Positions 50,605-64,000 of a DNA stretch of 64,000 nt are shown piece after piece. The notes under the pieces are model-generated. The model saw only the letters and a list, made by a program, of their open reading frames with translations. It was not told where the DNA came from and did not search any database. Origin of the DNA: Camelus dromedarius (taxonomy: Eukaryota); assembly GCF_036321535.1 (NCBI RefSeq), contig NC_087437.1:28460001-28524000 (forward strand). Direction: 5' to 3'. How positions within the stretch are numbered: position 1 is the first letter of the stretch; each line of letters starts with the position of its first letter. The position numbers were made by a program, and so were the translations under genes.

Positions 50605-50954
50605 GTGAGTCATTTGCCAACTTCCTGCTACTTTAAAACAAAACCCAAAAACCATGGCAGTGAGAAAAATACAGCAATAACAGTGAGGCCCTGCCAAGTA
50701 GCTGAAAGATTTACACTGTGAGTAAGAAGCTATTAATAATGGTTATATTCATTCCTTTCCTCAAAGGCGTCTTCCTTTTTGATAAGATGACATCTACTGG
50801 TTTTAATAGAATTGTGTTCAGATTTGATGCTTTTAAACATTAGATTGGCCAGGTCTTTGTTTTTATGAGAGCCTCTGAATCTGCATTGATTTGAAAGAAC
50901 CTGCTACTCTCACCGGCAAGAGACCATCTGCAGAGACTTGAACTTGTAGCTGGT

Positions 50955-51205
50955 GAGGCACCGTGGCTAGCAGAGTGGTCACAGAACCCAAGTGAAGAAG
51001 TTCAAACTCTGACACCTGCACATATCAGCCACATGACTGTTAGCTAATTACTTAACCTGTTTATATTTCAGTTTCATCGTCTTTTATTTGGGGGCATTAA
51101 CAGTACCTACCGAACAGGGGTTATAAGGGCTTAAATGAGCGAGTACATACTAAGCACTTAGAACAGTATTTAGCACACATTACATGAAGATAAATGTTGG
51201 TTGTC
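50955..51205 (+). mobile_element. MIR SINE
   Basis: gttcaaactctgacacc...ttacttaacctg...tcagtttcatc...cagtacctaccgaacaggggttataagggcttaaatgag...aagcacttagaacagt. Confidence 0.85.
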
Positions 51206-54200
51206 AGCATGTGTCCAAAGAGAAATTATTGATGGAAATAAAACTTAAGCTATGATACACCTCCGTGTATTTGGAGGTCACATTCATGATTCAGAATCTT
51301 TGGCAGTTACTTGTTTAGAATTATTTAACATTGAATAAATTAAATATCTTCTACAGTGCCATAAATTTCCTTTAAAATCAGGACTATCAGTTAGTTTATT
51401 GTTTGATAAAATGTGCAGCTGCCAAATTCTGGGAACAAGGACAGAGTATTTTAAGAATATTTTATCTGCTTTTGCTCTCCAAATGAGAGGCAGAAGTCTA
51501 CGCATTCCTATAATATTTGTCCATTTTAAGTGTTCTGTTTTATGACAGCTAAACCATTAGGAAATAGCTATAACATAATGCTTGTTTTTAATGCTGTTAC
51601 CTCTCCAAATTTACTTAAACATTTAACGGTATATTCCTACCTGATATTTATATAATAACTAGACAGCATTTTGCAAAACTATTTTAAAATGTACCTGTAT
51701 CATTGCTTTTTCCTGTGAAAAATTTCTTCTTTGAAAAATGTGGAAGCTTCTCATAATTCCAGTAGTATTGAGAAATCATACGCAAAGTACTGTGTTACAT
51801 CATCATTCGAGTAGTTTTAAAAATGTGTGTTTGTAGTAGACTAAATGTCAACTGTATTTTGGTTTATAATATGATTATCCTGCATGTTTAACATATACTG
51901 AATAACTTAAAACTAGGTTGCGAACAATGGCAATTCAATAGAAAAACTTGTATAGGAGGTTGCCACTGACACTTCTGATAATTTACCTCGAGTTTTTCTG
52001 TTGAAGACCATAGCAAATTGACAGAATGTCCACTGAAACAGGAATTCCTATCATGTAGCTCTCTCCTTACTGTGAATATGGCTATTTCTGAAACTTTTTA
52101 TCAAAATATATTATCTTTCACTAACTGGTAATCATTAATATTGGCTAATTACAGCATTTTCCTTGGCAGTAGAAACCAGCTGTGGATGCATAAGAAAATG
52201 GCTCTTCTTAGAGGCTTAAATATTAAAATCATTTCAGCTTTTCTTTTAAACTTTGTTTTGATTGTGCTGTATATTTTTGGCAAGATGTAGTTTCCTCTTG
52301 TGGGATCATTCCGTATTGCTCAGAATTGTCTTCATTAGATTGACTGGAACACAGGTTTTCTAAATGACATTTTAATAATTGCTACAAATAAGCAGAGAAG
52401 AACCAGGAGGTTGTAATGGGATGGTTGAGGTTTTTGTTTGTTTCTTTGTTTGTTTGTTTTGTTTTCTGATTGTTTTGAGGTTTTTAAATTTGTTTTATTT
52501 TGGCTTTGTTTGTTTTTGTCAAAGAGTCCGATGAAGATGGGTTGAAGTACCCTCCTCTGCTCCCTTTCAGTTGGTGAAGGACTGTAATTTCCTTGACACA
52601 GACTGAGTCCAATGACAAGGATGCTTAGACTATCAGGCAATTAAAAGGTTAATAGGTATAATTTTATTTACCCATTTAAAATTCTTCTAAATAGGTATAA
52701 TTCCTAAAAATAAAATAGCTTAAACCCACAGACAGCTATTCCCAACCTGGATGAGTTTATATTTCTAAACCACAAAGCTCTCTTCTTAAAGATTTCTAGG
52801 CGTGAAGATTTTTATACTGTTGTTCAGTGGTACATTTTAGGTTGTATAACCCTGAGATCAAGAAATTTTCCTATACGATTCATCACTTACTATGTTCTCT
52901 GTGTTTGAGAAGTCTCCTTTTGTTAGAGATTTGAAGTTTAAAAGATGCGTCAGAAAGTATAAAAATAGGAAGTGCCCACAGAATCCAACATTAACAGTTG
53001 TAGAACATATTGGTCCTTGAATGCCTAAAATACAGTGCCTGAAATGATTAGCGGAAGAAAGAAAGTGGGATAATTTAAGAATCTGACACTCTCCTTACCT
53101 TCCAAATTGCTCAAGTTGGACTCTTCTCTTGTCTAAACTCCGTAGGTCTTCAGGTTTAACTGGCACTGAACCAGACAGAAAGGAGAGAAGACAAGGGACA
53201 GGAAACCACGAACATGGATGGAAGAAAGTTCAGATTGTTAATTGATTACTAGGTATAAGCCTCGAAAGAGATTTTGAAAGAGGTTTTATAGCTTTTGCCT
53301 TATCATCCTTGCCCCAAAGGCTTGGCTAAACATACTCTGAGTATTGTGAGCTTGAATAAGTAGTATTTCTGATATGTTAATACATTATATTAAGCCCTTT
53401 ATGTAGAAGTTGCTACATTTTCACATGCTGCATTTTAGTATGGCTTTTACGTTTTCCTGTATTGGGTTTATTTTTAATAATTTATGAGTGTTTATGCACT
53501 TTAAATGTGTATATATTCTATTGCATATTTCTCTAAGCATTGAGTACTATTTTTTCCTTCTGAATATTGGTGTTTTTGTTTGGCATCACCCAGGAAGACT
53601 CTGAATAATCAAGATATTAATAAGCAAATTCCAAGTTAAGATTTTTTTAAGATATTAAATATATATATATATACCAGAGCATTTGAGAAGTACTCAGTAA
53701 ATAAAACAAGGGTTGGGGGTAAGAGAAAATAAACTGGCTTTGTGTCAGAAAATACTTCCTAGGTTTTAGACAAATCCAAATGGCAAAAATCATACATTTT
53801 TTTCCCAAACTAAGATTTTATAACAGATATTTTTACTATAATAAGTTTTATATTTACATTGCATTTACATAAAAGGCAGCTCTAAACTCTGCCAATATTA
53901 AAAATTATTAGTAAGAAAGCAAGGATTGAAAGTTGAACACAGCTGGATTTGGGAAAATATGTGCAAATATGGGTATATGTGAAGGTAGCAGAAGTTTGTA
54001 AATTTCCTAACTAGAGCTATGTACTTCACATGTACCATATACTTTAGGCTGGACATAGGAAAAGCTCAGGGCACACTGAATTAGTAAGTATCTTTATTTG
54101 CTGGAAAATAAAAATAAAAGCAAATTCTACCCATAAATGCATACTATTTTCTTAAGAAAAATTCATGTCTATAGTTTGAACATTTAAAACTTTAATACAC

Positions 54201-55507
54201 TGTAAAAAGATGATGACATTTTGATTGGCTACTTACTGAAGTATTATAGCAGAGTAGAATAAGGAAATATGTCCTGTGCTGTTTACTAGAAAATCATTTA
54301 TTGGAAAATTCACTTTGGAGATGATGTAGTGTATTTAATAGCAAAATTTAATTTTATTTTACTTTTCTACATTCATATTTCTGTGAAAATTGGTCTTAAT
54401 TTAATATGCAAATAATTATTCTTTCCATTCACATGTTTATTTTCTCATGTGTTACTATGTAAAGGTGTGTTGTTGTCTCTCTGATTAAAAAATGTGATCT
54501 AGTTTAGCACTGTAAGTTGGGTGAGAAAAGACTAAAGTTTGTGTTCCTCTAAAAAGCTTAACTTTGCAAGCTAAATAGCAGAGTCGAAGAGGTTGAAGAG
54601 GTTCGTTATTTGATGTCAAACAGTTACTTGATTGACTTATTACTTTGTTTTCAACTGCTCTTTTGATACCCTCTCCTGCTTCAGTACAGGGATCATATTT
54701 TTTGAGGCCAGGGACATATTAGGTATTTGGTATATTTGTCAATTGATTTAGAAACAACCTTCGTGTAACTAAGCAGTCATAACACGCTCCTTAGTGACCT
54801 AGGGAAGATATATTTAGACTTGTTTAGCAAGCAGAGGTGGTAATGTTTAATCAAGTAAGCAAATACAAGTATGAAATAGTTTGCCTTTAAACCCACTGGG
54901 CAGTAGAAAGAGTCAAGTGGAAAACTAGCTGACAGCTCTTACCCTGTTTGTCTCACAGAGAAGTTAAGCTGAATGCCACTCAGACAGTGACTGATTAAGG
55001 GAAAGGAAACATTTTTCTTTCCTAAAATCATACTGTGGAATCACAACTGTAAGACTGTTTTGCATCTATGATAGAATCCTTGTCCCTTGCTGTGATGTGT
55101 TAGGCCACGTAACATTTTTAAGAAGGAACAAAAGCTGGGAAAATGATACATTGTGTTAGTAAGAAGACCTAGAGAAATAATGGCAGTGAGACTTTCCTAC
55201 CCCTTTCCTAAAGCTTCAAGTAATTTGAAGTATGAAAAAGAAAATGAAACTTTGAAAATCCAGAATAAATGGGAAAATGTGGTTTTTTAGAGGCTCTTTC
55301 TCATTTTTGTAGTACTTCTCCTATCCATGGATGTTACTGGATGTGTATCTCAGGCAAGTAGGCAGGCTGCATTTTAGCGTTCCTACGTTCATGCTTTTTA
55401 GTTTAAAGGTACTAGTCCTTAATGACAATATAAGTGGGAGTTGGACAGGTGCCCTTCGTGTTCTGTTATCTCCTCTTATTACGTTAGGCAGGGGCGAGCT
55501 CTTATTT

Positions 55508-55676
55508 TTCTTATTTTATTTTTTTAATTTTATTTATTTATTATTGTATTATTTATTTTATTTTGGTGGGGGGGCTAATTAGGTTTATTTACTTTTGGAG
55601 GAGATGCTGGGGATTGAACTCAGGACCTCATGCGTGCTAAGCATGCACTCTGCCACTTGAACTATACCTTCTCCCC
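55508..55676 (-). mobile_element. tRNA-Ala-derived camelid SINE (Vic-1 type)
   Basis: ggggggctaattaggtttattt...gctggggattgaactcaggacctcatgcgtgctaagcatgcactctgccacttgaactataccttctcccc with a (TTTA)-rich tail. Confidence 0.92.
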
Positions 55677-56139
55677 TTCTTATCTCTTAAATTCAGATTT
55701 TGTTACCCTGACACTTTTTGAAACTTTGTTTTTTTGTCATAGCATTCTTAGTGCTATAACGCTAATTTACGTTGTATATCATTCCATACTTAGTCAGGGT
55801 TTTCCATGTATTGTTGGTCCCCCATAACATCTCTTTGGAGGAGTGGGTCTCACCTGAGAGAGAGTGGGGCCATCCTTCTAGTCTCACAACTGGGAGAAGA
55901 GGAGACCTGCTTGATCTCATCTCCGGACTCAAGAGGTGCGTGAGACAAGGGCTCTCTTGGAAGGTAGTACTAGCGTTTTGTTTTGATAGATGTTTCCACC
56001 AAAATTTCTCTAAAATCTCTCTATAACCCACTAAAACCTCTCCATCAGACTGCTTGCAGAGAATGATTTTGTGCAGACGGACTTGCTTTTTGGATTCTTA
56101 AGACGAGTGCTATTTTCTGCAACCAGTGGAGCTTGGATT

Positions 56140-56312
56140 CTACCTTAAACCGGGAAGTTGCACAGAGTTCACAGAACTCCTGAAGGAGTTCACAGTTTGA
56201 GTGCCAGTATTCAAGGGCCCTAATATTTTATGTTAATTCTACATGTGCAGTTTCTGGAGAGCTAGTCCATAGCATAGAGGGGTGTCTGTGACCCTCCGCA
56301 GCTTACGTGCTG
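56140..56312. mobile_element. Possible MER103-like hAT-Charlie fragment
   Basis: tttctggagagctagtccatagc...aggggtgtctgtgaccc resembles the recalled MER103C 3' motif. Confidence 0.4.
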
Positions 56313-59300
56313 TTTATACGCCCTGTACAGAGCCAGAACGTACTCTGAAAATAGCAAACATCTGAAAACTTTGGTTATAGAGAAATACTGTTTCATGAAT
56401 AGAGAATACATTAAATTAGATTAGATGAGCTGATGTAAAGGAGCCATTGTAACAAGATCAACAAAGATTTGTTATCCCTGTGGAATGGCTGTCGTGCAGC
56501 TAATTCCCAAGTGGCCACACTCTGGCTGTTTTTGGAGGAACCCTCTGGGCACTTCTGCATTGTATTGATACTGAAACCGAGAGAGGGAGGAACACTTTTC
56601 AGAACGTACATGTGTTGTGATATATTTCAGGGTCCTTTTGCCTTGAAAACTATGTTACTGTCGTGTTGGAAAAATAACACCTAACAAAAATTAATTTGGA
56701 GAGTGTACCTTTAATCTGTGACTAAGAGAATTAACAATTTCACCTTCCCTCGCCCCTAAGTAAAACCCATCCTGTTGAAGGGAGTTTGAGATTTACTATT
56801 TATTAGATTTATTACAGATTTAGATTAAATGAGGGTTTGACTTTGTAACCTGTGTTAGTTATTTTGGAACAAAGTGACTCACATTTTCATGTTAGTTTTC
56901 AAAATATAAAATTTAAATAATTTGTATCTGATTACAGACCCCATATGCTTAGTGTACAACAGAAGTTTAAAATGTTTTATTTTAAGAAAAATTACATTTG
57001 GGAGAGGGAGGTAGGTGGAGATAGGCTACAGCAAACTCTGCCTGGAGGAAATACTTCTCGGAGAAGAAGCTACCAGTCATTATTCTTTTTATGCATATAT
57101 TAGGGTATATCAAAAACTTTTAAAAAGTCTTTTTCATATATAAAAAACCCTTAATCCCCAAAGAATATTGCTCCTGGGTTTTTACCTGGCTAGAGAATTA
57201 CACAAAAATAATTGAAAATATAAATGTACAGTTTGAAAAGAATCTCAACAAAATTCAAGTTGAGTTTTAGAAGTTACATTTTAAGAAAAAAAAATCACAC
57301 TTTGTTGTCAATTTAACGACAGAACATCGTGACAATACCCTCTGAACAACATATTTTAGAAAAAGAAACTAAACAACAAGTAGATTACAGTCACAGTGTT
57401 TAACATTCTTTCAAACAGCCTGATACGGTACTGTTGTTGAACCAACTCAGATGGCCACTGAAGCAGGTTGTTTACAACATTCGCTGGCAGGTGTGGAGTT
57501 CGTGATGATGGCTTTACAACTTTTGATTTTGAAACGTGAAATCTAAATCTGCAGAGGACATTCTTGCTTAATAAAACAGGCATTCTTTTGTGTTGCTTTG
57601 GAAATGTCTAATTGTATGAACCTATGCTGCCAGGAGTTTATAATTCCAAACTTTGTACCATCAGGTAGGTTGTTGTCCTCAGTTGGCCAGTCATTGATCT
57701 GAGCATTGCTTGCAGATTTGATTCGTTAGTGGGCATGTTCTCGTAGAACTTACTTAGATAATTACTGTTTACTCTTTAGGCCTGAAAGGAAGATCAAATA
57801 ATGATGGCATAATTTTCAGAATTATTTATGCGTTTTATGTAATGCAAGAGAGGTTGCCTATCTTTAGTAGAAATCTCAGAAAGAGAAGTCTTATTTGTTC
57901 TGTTTGAGATGTGATTTGCATCTTTGTTGCAAGGTGAAAGACAAATAGTTTCAGGTTTTTTTAAAAAATGAATTCGTAAGATATTTATATATGTGTGTGT
58001 GTATGTATATGTATATGTAATATATATATATATTATATGCTTTTTTCCCCAGTAATATAGCTCCTTCTTGTATTTAGACCTTTTTTAGTTTAAGTCCTTT
58101 AAGAGCCATTGTTGCCTTAAATAAATACGGTGCTCCCTAGTTCTCTTTGAGGGCAGAAGAGAATGTACAACGGGAGGAAGAGGGGAATTTAGAGGACTGG
58201 TACTCTCCTGTGCTTTTTAGTTCAGATAATCTTCTCTGATTAAAATATCCTATTGTTTCTTAGCAACTACTGTCTTTCATCTTAAGTATACTCAAAATCT
58301 TCATAGATTTCGTTGATATCAAATCATACTATTTCTGGATAATCAATGGTATACGATATTAATGTATTAATTAAATATTCTATTTAGCATCTTCTCATAT
58401 ACTGGATAATTCTACCCACAACTGATGAAGGAATATGTACTTTAAATTTTCATCCATCATAGGATGAGGTCATCTTATACAATGAATCAAGTCACATCAT
58501 GATAGACTGATCCTTTCAAAAAAACAAATTTTAAATGTGTCACTCGTTTTTTAGGCTGATATTGAAATGAGTACAGACTGGGAACTACATGATAGAATTT
58601 CAACAAAACATTAATTTTTATCTTGTGGGTCGCCACCAGAAGACTAATAGCACTGTGTCCTGAATTCTTGTCATGCACTATGTTAGTAAAACAGTAATAA
58701 AAGTGATAGAGTATTTCACTATTTTATATCCTGTGGCTGGTTATGGTCATCTGGCTAGAGTCTAACCCATATTAATCCCTTGAGTAAACAGTCAGGAACA
58801 TTCAATGATGTACTTAAAATACTTTCTAACATGTGGTATTTAGAGTGTTTGGAATGTCAAAGGATCCTTTGTAATGATCTTCCCCTTGAGTAGTTCAAAA
58901 GATATTTTTAAAGTTATTTTTCAAAGAGCACAGTGTTTGAAGACTTTAAGAAAATATAAATCTAGTAGAGTACTTTGGAAAAAAAACAAAAAAAAAGCTC
59001 AGTTCTAGAAAAAATTTCACCCGGCACACTGAAGTGATGTATTAGTCAAATAATCTATGAAAAATTCAAGAAAACAGAGTACGTGTTCATTTTAGGTTGA
59101 GAAAAGGAACTTTTATTTTTTCATGAGCAAGAGAATGCATTTGATGCTCCCTTAGGGAGCTACACCCTTCTCTATAATTGTGTTTTTCACATTTTATGTT
59201 CAGATGTAAATGACTGAAGAGAAAGCATAACGTGTTCAATTTTTTTCATAGAACATATTAAAGCCTGTTTCTATGGCAACAACTTTTAATTGGCAAATCC

Positions 59301-60671
59301 CATTCTGTCAGTACTCTCAAGCTTATTTTTCTTGGGTACACTGAAAATTGTTAGAAATGCTTCACAAACTAAAAGTTAGATTGGACATTGTTCTTTGGCA
59401 TGAACGATGTTCACGGTCAAGGATTTATTTTATTAAATAATCTAACTATATTATGCTTGTGTAATAGGTTGCTGTAGAGATGATACCTCCTTCCTGACAC
59501 CCTGTTAAGTGTCGAAAAACCAGCTGAGGAGGATTGGTACAGACATTCAGGCTTGTAAACTAAGAATAGCAACGTGTGTGTTTGTTATTTCACACAGGTG
59601 AAGGTGGCGACTGTCTTACCTGGCCGAACAGAGTGCAAAAAATTTAAATCCTTTGGGGCTAGGGTTCAGACTTTTAAAACAGTATATCTGTGGTTCTATA
59701 TGGCCTTGACTGTCATAGTATAGAGTAGATTGATTTATTAGACACAGACAAAATTTGCAGCTTGCTTCTCATAAATTTTATCTCTTGAATCAATGTGGTG
59801 CAGAATTTTGAAGCAGGTATTGGGTAAGTTGGATTTGGCTACCGCAGTGTTATAAAAATAGATGAAGTAAACAGACGCAGCAGGCCAGTGCAGCTTGCAT
59901 TTTGAACTCTTCTGAGACCCAGTCTAACTTTAATAGTTTATAGGTCTAGAGAGAAAGAAATGTGAATCCCTAAGGTAATTTTAATATTATATAATGAAGG
60001 AAGAACTATTTTATAGCAAAGAATCAGGTGCTGTTATCTGTTATAATTATTTCAGAGAGCTTTATCTGAAAGTTTCAATTTTTAAGCTATTCCAGTCTGC
60101 TGTGTATTTTTTTTTTTTTTTTGCCTTTGCTATTTTTGTATCACTGCGGTAGCATAACCCTGTACCAAGTACAAGACAGCAATGCAGTTGGTGTTGAATG
60201 TGAAAACTGTTATTAAACGAAAGCTAACAGCAGATCCTTGGAAGGAAAGAAATTGTCTACATTGAAGACTTGCAATTTTAAATTTGTCTTCTAAAAATTA
60301 AAATGTGAAAGGAGTAAAGTGATACTGTATATTTCCTCCTTCAAAGCTGTGACTTCATATAGTCAGAACCAAAATATGTTTAGTCACTCTTTTTAATTAT
60401 TCCTCACTATTGCAGATTTTCTGTAAAAGTGCTCCTTTCTCATATATCATCTTTGTCTCTTAAAACTGTTCTCATTGCATTTTTGGTTAATAAATGACTT
60501 TGTTCTTTTCATCAGAAGTCACAGAAAGCATTTATGTCTGAACAGTTCAGCCTTACCTTGATAAAAATACAAGTGTACCCTTCTAATCCATATGTTTCCT
60601 AAACGATTATAATTCTCATAGCTTTATAATTACATTTACATAGAAAACAAATTATATGTACCTGCTATCTA

Positions 60672-60765
60672 TATGCACGGTGTGTATATATGTATATGTA
60701 CACTTATGTATACATGTACATACACACATATATACCTATATACACACACACACAAATACATGCAT
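60672..60765. repeat. Low-complexity (TA/CA/TG) alternating tract
   Basis: tgtgtatatatgtatatgtacac...tatacatgtacatacacacatatatacctatatacacacacacac. Confidence 0.75.
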
Positions 60766-62384
60766 GCTTTGGGGATAGATTTGACTATCTCCGGTAGCCT
60801 AAGAAAAGTGATCAAAAGGGTATTATTAACTTATATAAAGAGTGATAACTCAGCTTATCAAGGCCATTCCATAAATGAACAAGAAAAGTGAAAAGTAAAA
60901 ATAGAAATTAGATGGCCTACAACTCCCCGTACGATGCTGTATGTTCTCTGAGCTGCAAGCCCTGAACCTTGTTTTATGGGCCAGTTGGGTTTCAGTAGAC
61001 CCCATATATTCTTGTAGTTTTTGAATATTTGGGAACAGTCCCAAAGATTCATCACATGTAATTGACTGTATTGGTGCTTGGGTGGAATTGCAAGTCCCAT
61101 GCTGTGAGGGAGCTTGATGCCTCAGTTGGGGAGGGGGAGGGCACCTAGTTGGCCAGCCGCCCACCACGGTGTGTCCTGTTGACTTTACATGAGCAGCAGC
61201 TCTGATGAAGTGGGGCATTTCTGTGTCGAGGAATTTACAAAGGCCTAGAGGACATAGTCAAGCTTTAAACTATCAAGGGTCTTTTTATATCAGTGCTATA
61301 GAAATAGAATTTTAAAAGTGAAAAAAAATCTAACAAAGATTAGATATAGTTTTTAGCTCTTCAGCTTTTATCATTCTAGAAGTCCAAGTTTCATGACTGA
61401 GTGAAGGAACATTCCTCTCTTACCTCCTCTCTACCCTCAGCTCCTGTCCTAAGTGCGTCTTTCTTGGCCGTGGGTGCTTCCGATGCACAGCTCCATTCCC
61501 ACATCTGCCTCCCTACATCCGGTCCAGGGTTTACAACCTGGAAGGTGTATGACTAGGTACACTATGGGAAGATGGTTAGATAGAAGCAGGCACAGAATTT
61601 TCTGGGAAAGGACCAGTAATTCTGGGTTCAGGGACCTAGCAGTTGAAGTTAGAGCTGGAAATGCAAAAACGTCATTGACGATATTCTGTAGGTGTCCACT
61701 AAGTACTAATATGATAATCTGATCATCTACATGTAAACTGTTTACACAGATATACAAGTAAATGAATTCACTAACTAAAAGAAACCTTTATTACATGAAT
61801 TATGCTCTAAAGTAAGGGCAAGGGAGGAAGGTGGAGTTGTGGTAGAGTAATTCCTGACTTACTGGAAAAGATGAATGTAGATATTAATAAGTATTAATAA
61901 TGAACTTTTTCTGATTTAGAGCCTAATTTACTTTTATTTAATCCTGCCAAGTTCACATGACGTATTTCATAGACCTTGAATGGGGATTAATCTCCATATG
62001 TGCCCTTTATGTATGTATATACATGCATCTCTCTGTATATACACATATCCATAAATATGTCTTCATCTCTCGTATATGTATCTCTCTTTCTACCCACACA
62101 CACACACATAAATGGTGATTTAGTCTGAGATAAGTTTTTGGAAATAAAATGCCGTGTCTTCTCTCTTGTAGGGGAGAAGCGCACCCAAGTTGCTGTAACA
62201 CTGATACTGGAATTCTTGATTCAGGGAGAGGGTCACCGGGCACAGGCAGGAATGCCCTTGTCCTGCAGCCTGGAGCGGCACAGGCCTCGCTTACCAGAAC
62301 GGTGAACGGAGGCCCTCAAAATGCACTCATATGAGAGAGAGACTGGAAAGCTTTCATCTAACAAATCAAGCTAAAATAACAAGA

Positions 62385-62612
62385 GCAACAACTACACTCC
62401 ACTGGTGTTTTCTAGGTGCTAGATATTGGCTTTACGTAAATTTTCATTTGAATCCCCATAAATCACATTATCAGGTAGATAATATGGTTGTTCTCGTTTT
62501 ATTGACTGAGGACCAGAGGTTGTAAGTGGTACCCCCAAGGTCAGAGGGTTGGTAAGTGGCAGAGTTGGACTTTCAACCTGAATGTGTCTATCTGCATTTT
62601 GAACTCCCACTA
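62385..62612 (-). mobile_element. MIR SINE
   Basis: tcatttgaatccccataa...aggtagat...gactgaggaccagaggttgtaagt...ccaaggtcagag..tggtaagtggcagagttggactttcaacc. Confidence 0.8.
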
Positions 62613-64000
62613 TTAAACACGGACTCCTTTATCAGTTTTAAAGGAACTTCACAGTATAATATTACCCATATAAAGGTGATCTTTCTTGGAGAAATGACAC
62701 CTTTCCTAGAATGGATAATGACGGTTCCAAGTTTGAAGTATGAAGTCTCCCTAGCTAGCAGCAGATGTGTTATGTAACCTTTTAAGCTTCCCTTCACAGA
62801 TTTCTGACATTACCCTTCAAATTTCTGACCTTCTTCCCACATTTCCATTTCTTCTTCCAGCTTCTCATACCTGTAAATCTTCCTTCTTTGACCTTGTCAT
62901 TTGCATCTGAAAACTTGGTTCATACAACTTGCCTGAAAATCCCAAGGGGAACCAAAATTCTTCTTGCAGCTCCAGAAGACATTGGGGAGGAAAGCTGACT
63001 AGTGGGGGACCTAATTTTGGGTTCTTCCTTATTCCTGGCGCGCTTAGCTCCTGCCTGCCGTGGTTCTGTTGGTGCGGCATTCTGATAAACACATGCCAGA
63101 CATTATTGCAGTGATTCTTCCTATACAAAACACCTTGGGGTAATTTAAGATGAAAAACAGAGTATACATGAGAGATGAAAAATCAAATTTGATCAGCAAA
63201 GTGCTGAGTTCCTAATTGGCAGCTGTGAGAAGTAGCATACCGTTGCCTCAGGCTTGCTGTTATCTGTTTGTCTATCCCCTTCCCACCCCAACTCATACGG
63301 AAGCACATTTTACAAATTCTTATGAACGCTTTCCAATTCTATTTTGGTGGGAAGGACTGAGTTTGCAGGGAATTGATGATAAATTATTGGCACTCTCTTA
63401 GCTTCTATCATCTGAATGAATTGCAAACCGTTTTAAGAGTTTCTTTTACTGAGCATGGGTTATGAATACAGGGAGCATCATTAAGTCCTGTCATTTTGTA
63501 AAAGAAAAAAAAGTTTATATTATGGAGAGGCAGTTGAGATTTATAAATAGCAAATAATGGCATTCTTTTCTCTTCATATAATGAACCATGAACAGAAATA
63601 TCAACAAGTGGTCCCTAAAGATGGGCTTTTTGTTTTTTTAAATACTTGGGTAACGTTGTATCCATATTAATATGCAGTTCACTTCTTATTGTTACATAAT
63701 ACTTCTATTAAAAATTTCTGAGCATCTTTCTGAGATAAAAATTGAGAGCTAAAATTGACATGAGACCCATTTTAGTGGTAGTAATGGGGGCAGAGTTCAA
63801 CAGAGCGAGCTTTCTGTACATATTTACATTTTATGTGCTATGTCAAAACTCAAAAAATGAATGGAATGCTTTTGAAAATTGGCATACTTCTCCTACTTCT
63901 GCCTCTTTGAGTAAACAACTGCCCCAGAAATTCTGCCTTTGTTAAGTAGCAACGAGAACAAAACATTCAAAGCGTTCATGTTTAATTTTTGAATAATGTA

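Larger units (their letters stand above)
1..64000 (+). other. Probable intronic/5' region of a large, unidentified + strand mammalian (camelid) gene
   Basis: No long ORFs; dense old repeats; several strong + strand splice signals (17723, 21275, 50605); T-rich appearance of the + strand by eye (not counted). Host gene and strand are inferred. Confidence 0.5.

Noticed and set aside
929..50612. About ten TGA(C/G)TCA AP-1 motifs across the window
   Set aside because: Close to the chance expectation for two 7-mers in 64 kb and not clustered.
1..64000. CRISPR arrays, rRNA, prokaryotic operons, viral or processed-pseudogene inserts; host gene name
   Set aside because: No regularly spaced repeats or recognisable coding homology seen. 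I could not identify the host gene from memory, so no symbol is given.

Overview
AT-rich, CpG-depleted mammalian nuclear DNA with no credible long protein-coding ORF. Four copies of a tRNA-Ala(AGC)-derived SINE of the Vic-1 type point to a camelid (alpaca/llama/camel); I saw no Alu, Bov-A/Bov-tA, PRE1 or CanSINE. The window also carries many old eutherian repeats: MIR, L2, L1MC 3' ends, MER20, MER63A and a MaLR/MLT1 LTR. It looks like the inside of a long intron or 5' region of a large + strand gene that I cannot name. The best non-repeat signals are a probable alternative first exon at about 17.5-17.72 kb (near-consensus Kozak ATG, ORF open to a CTG|GTGAGT donor), a probable non-coding exon at 21069-21274, and a 35-nt microexon candidate at 50570-50604. 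The clearest structural oddity is a 44-bp direct repeat bracketing an L1MC insertion plus about 140 bp of unexplained sequence. I found no evidence of a new biological system. Repeat family names come from recalled consensus motifs and boundaries are approximate; nothing was searched or computed.
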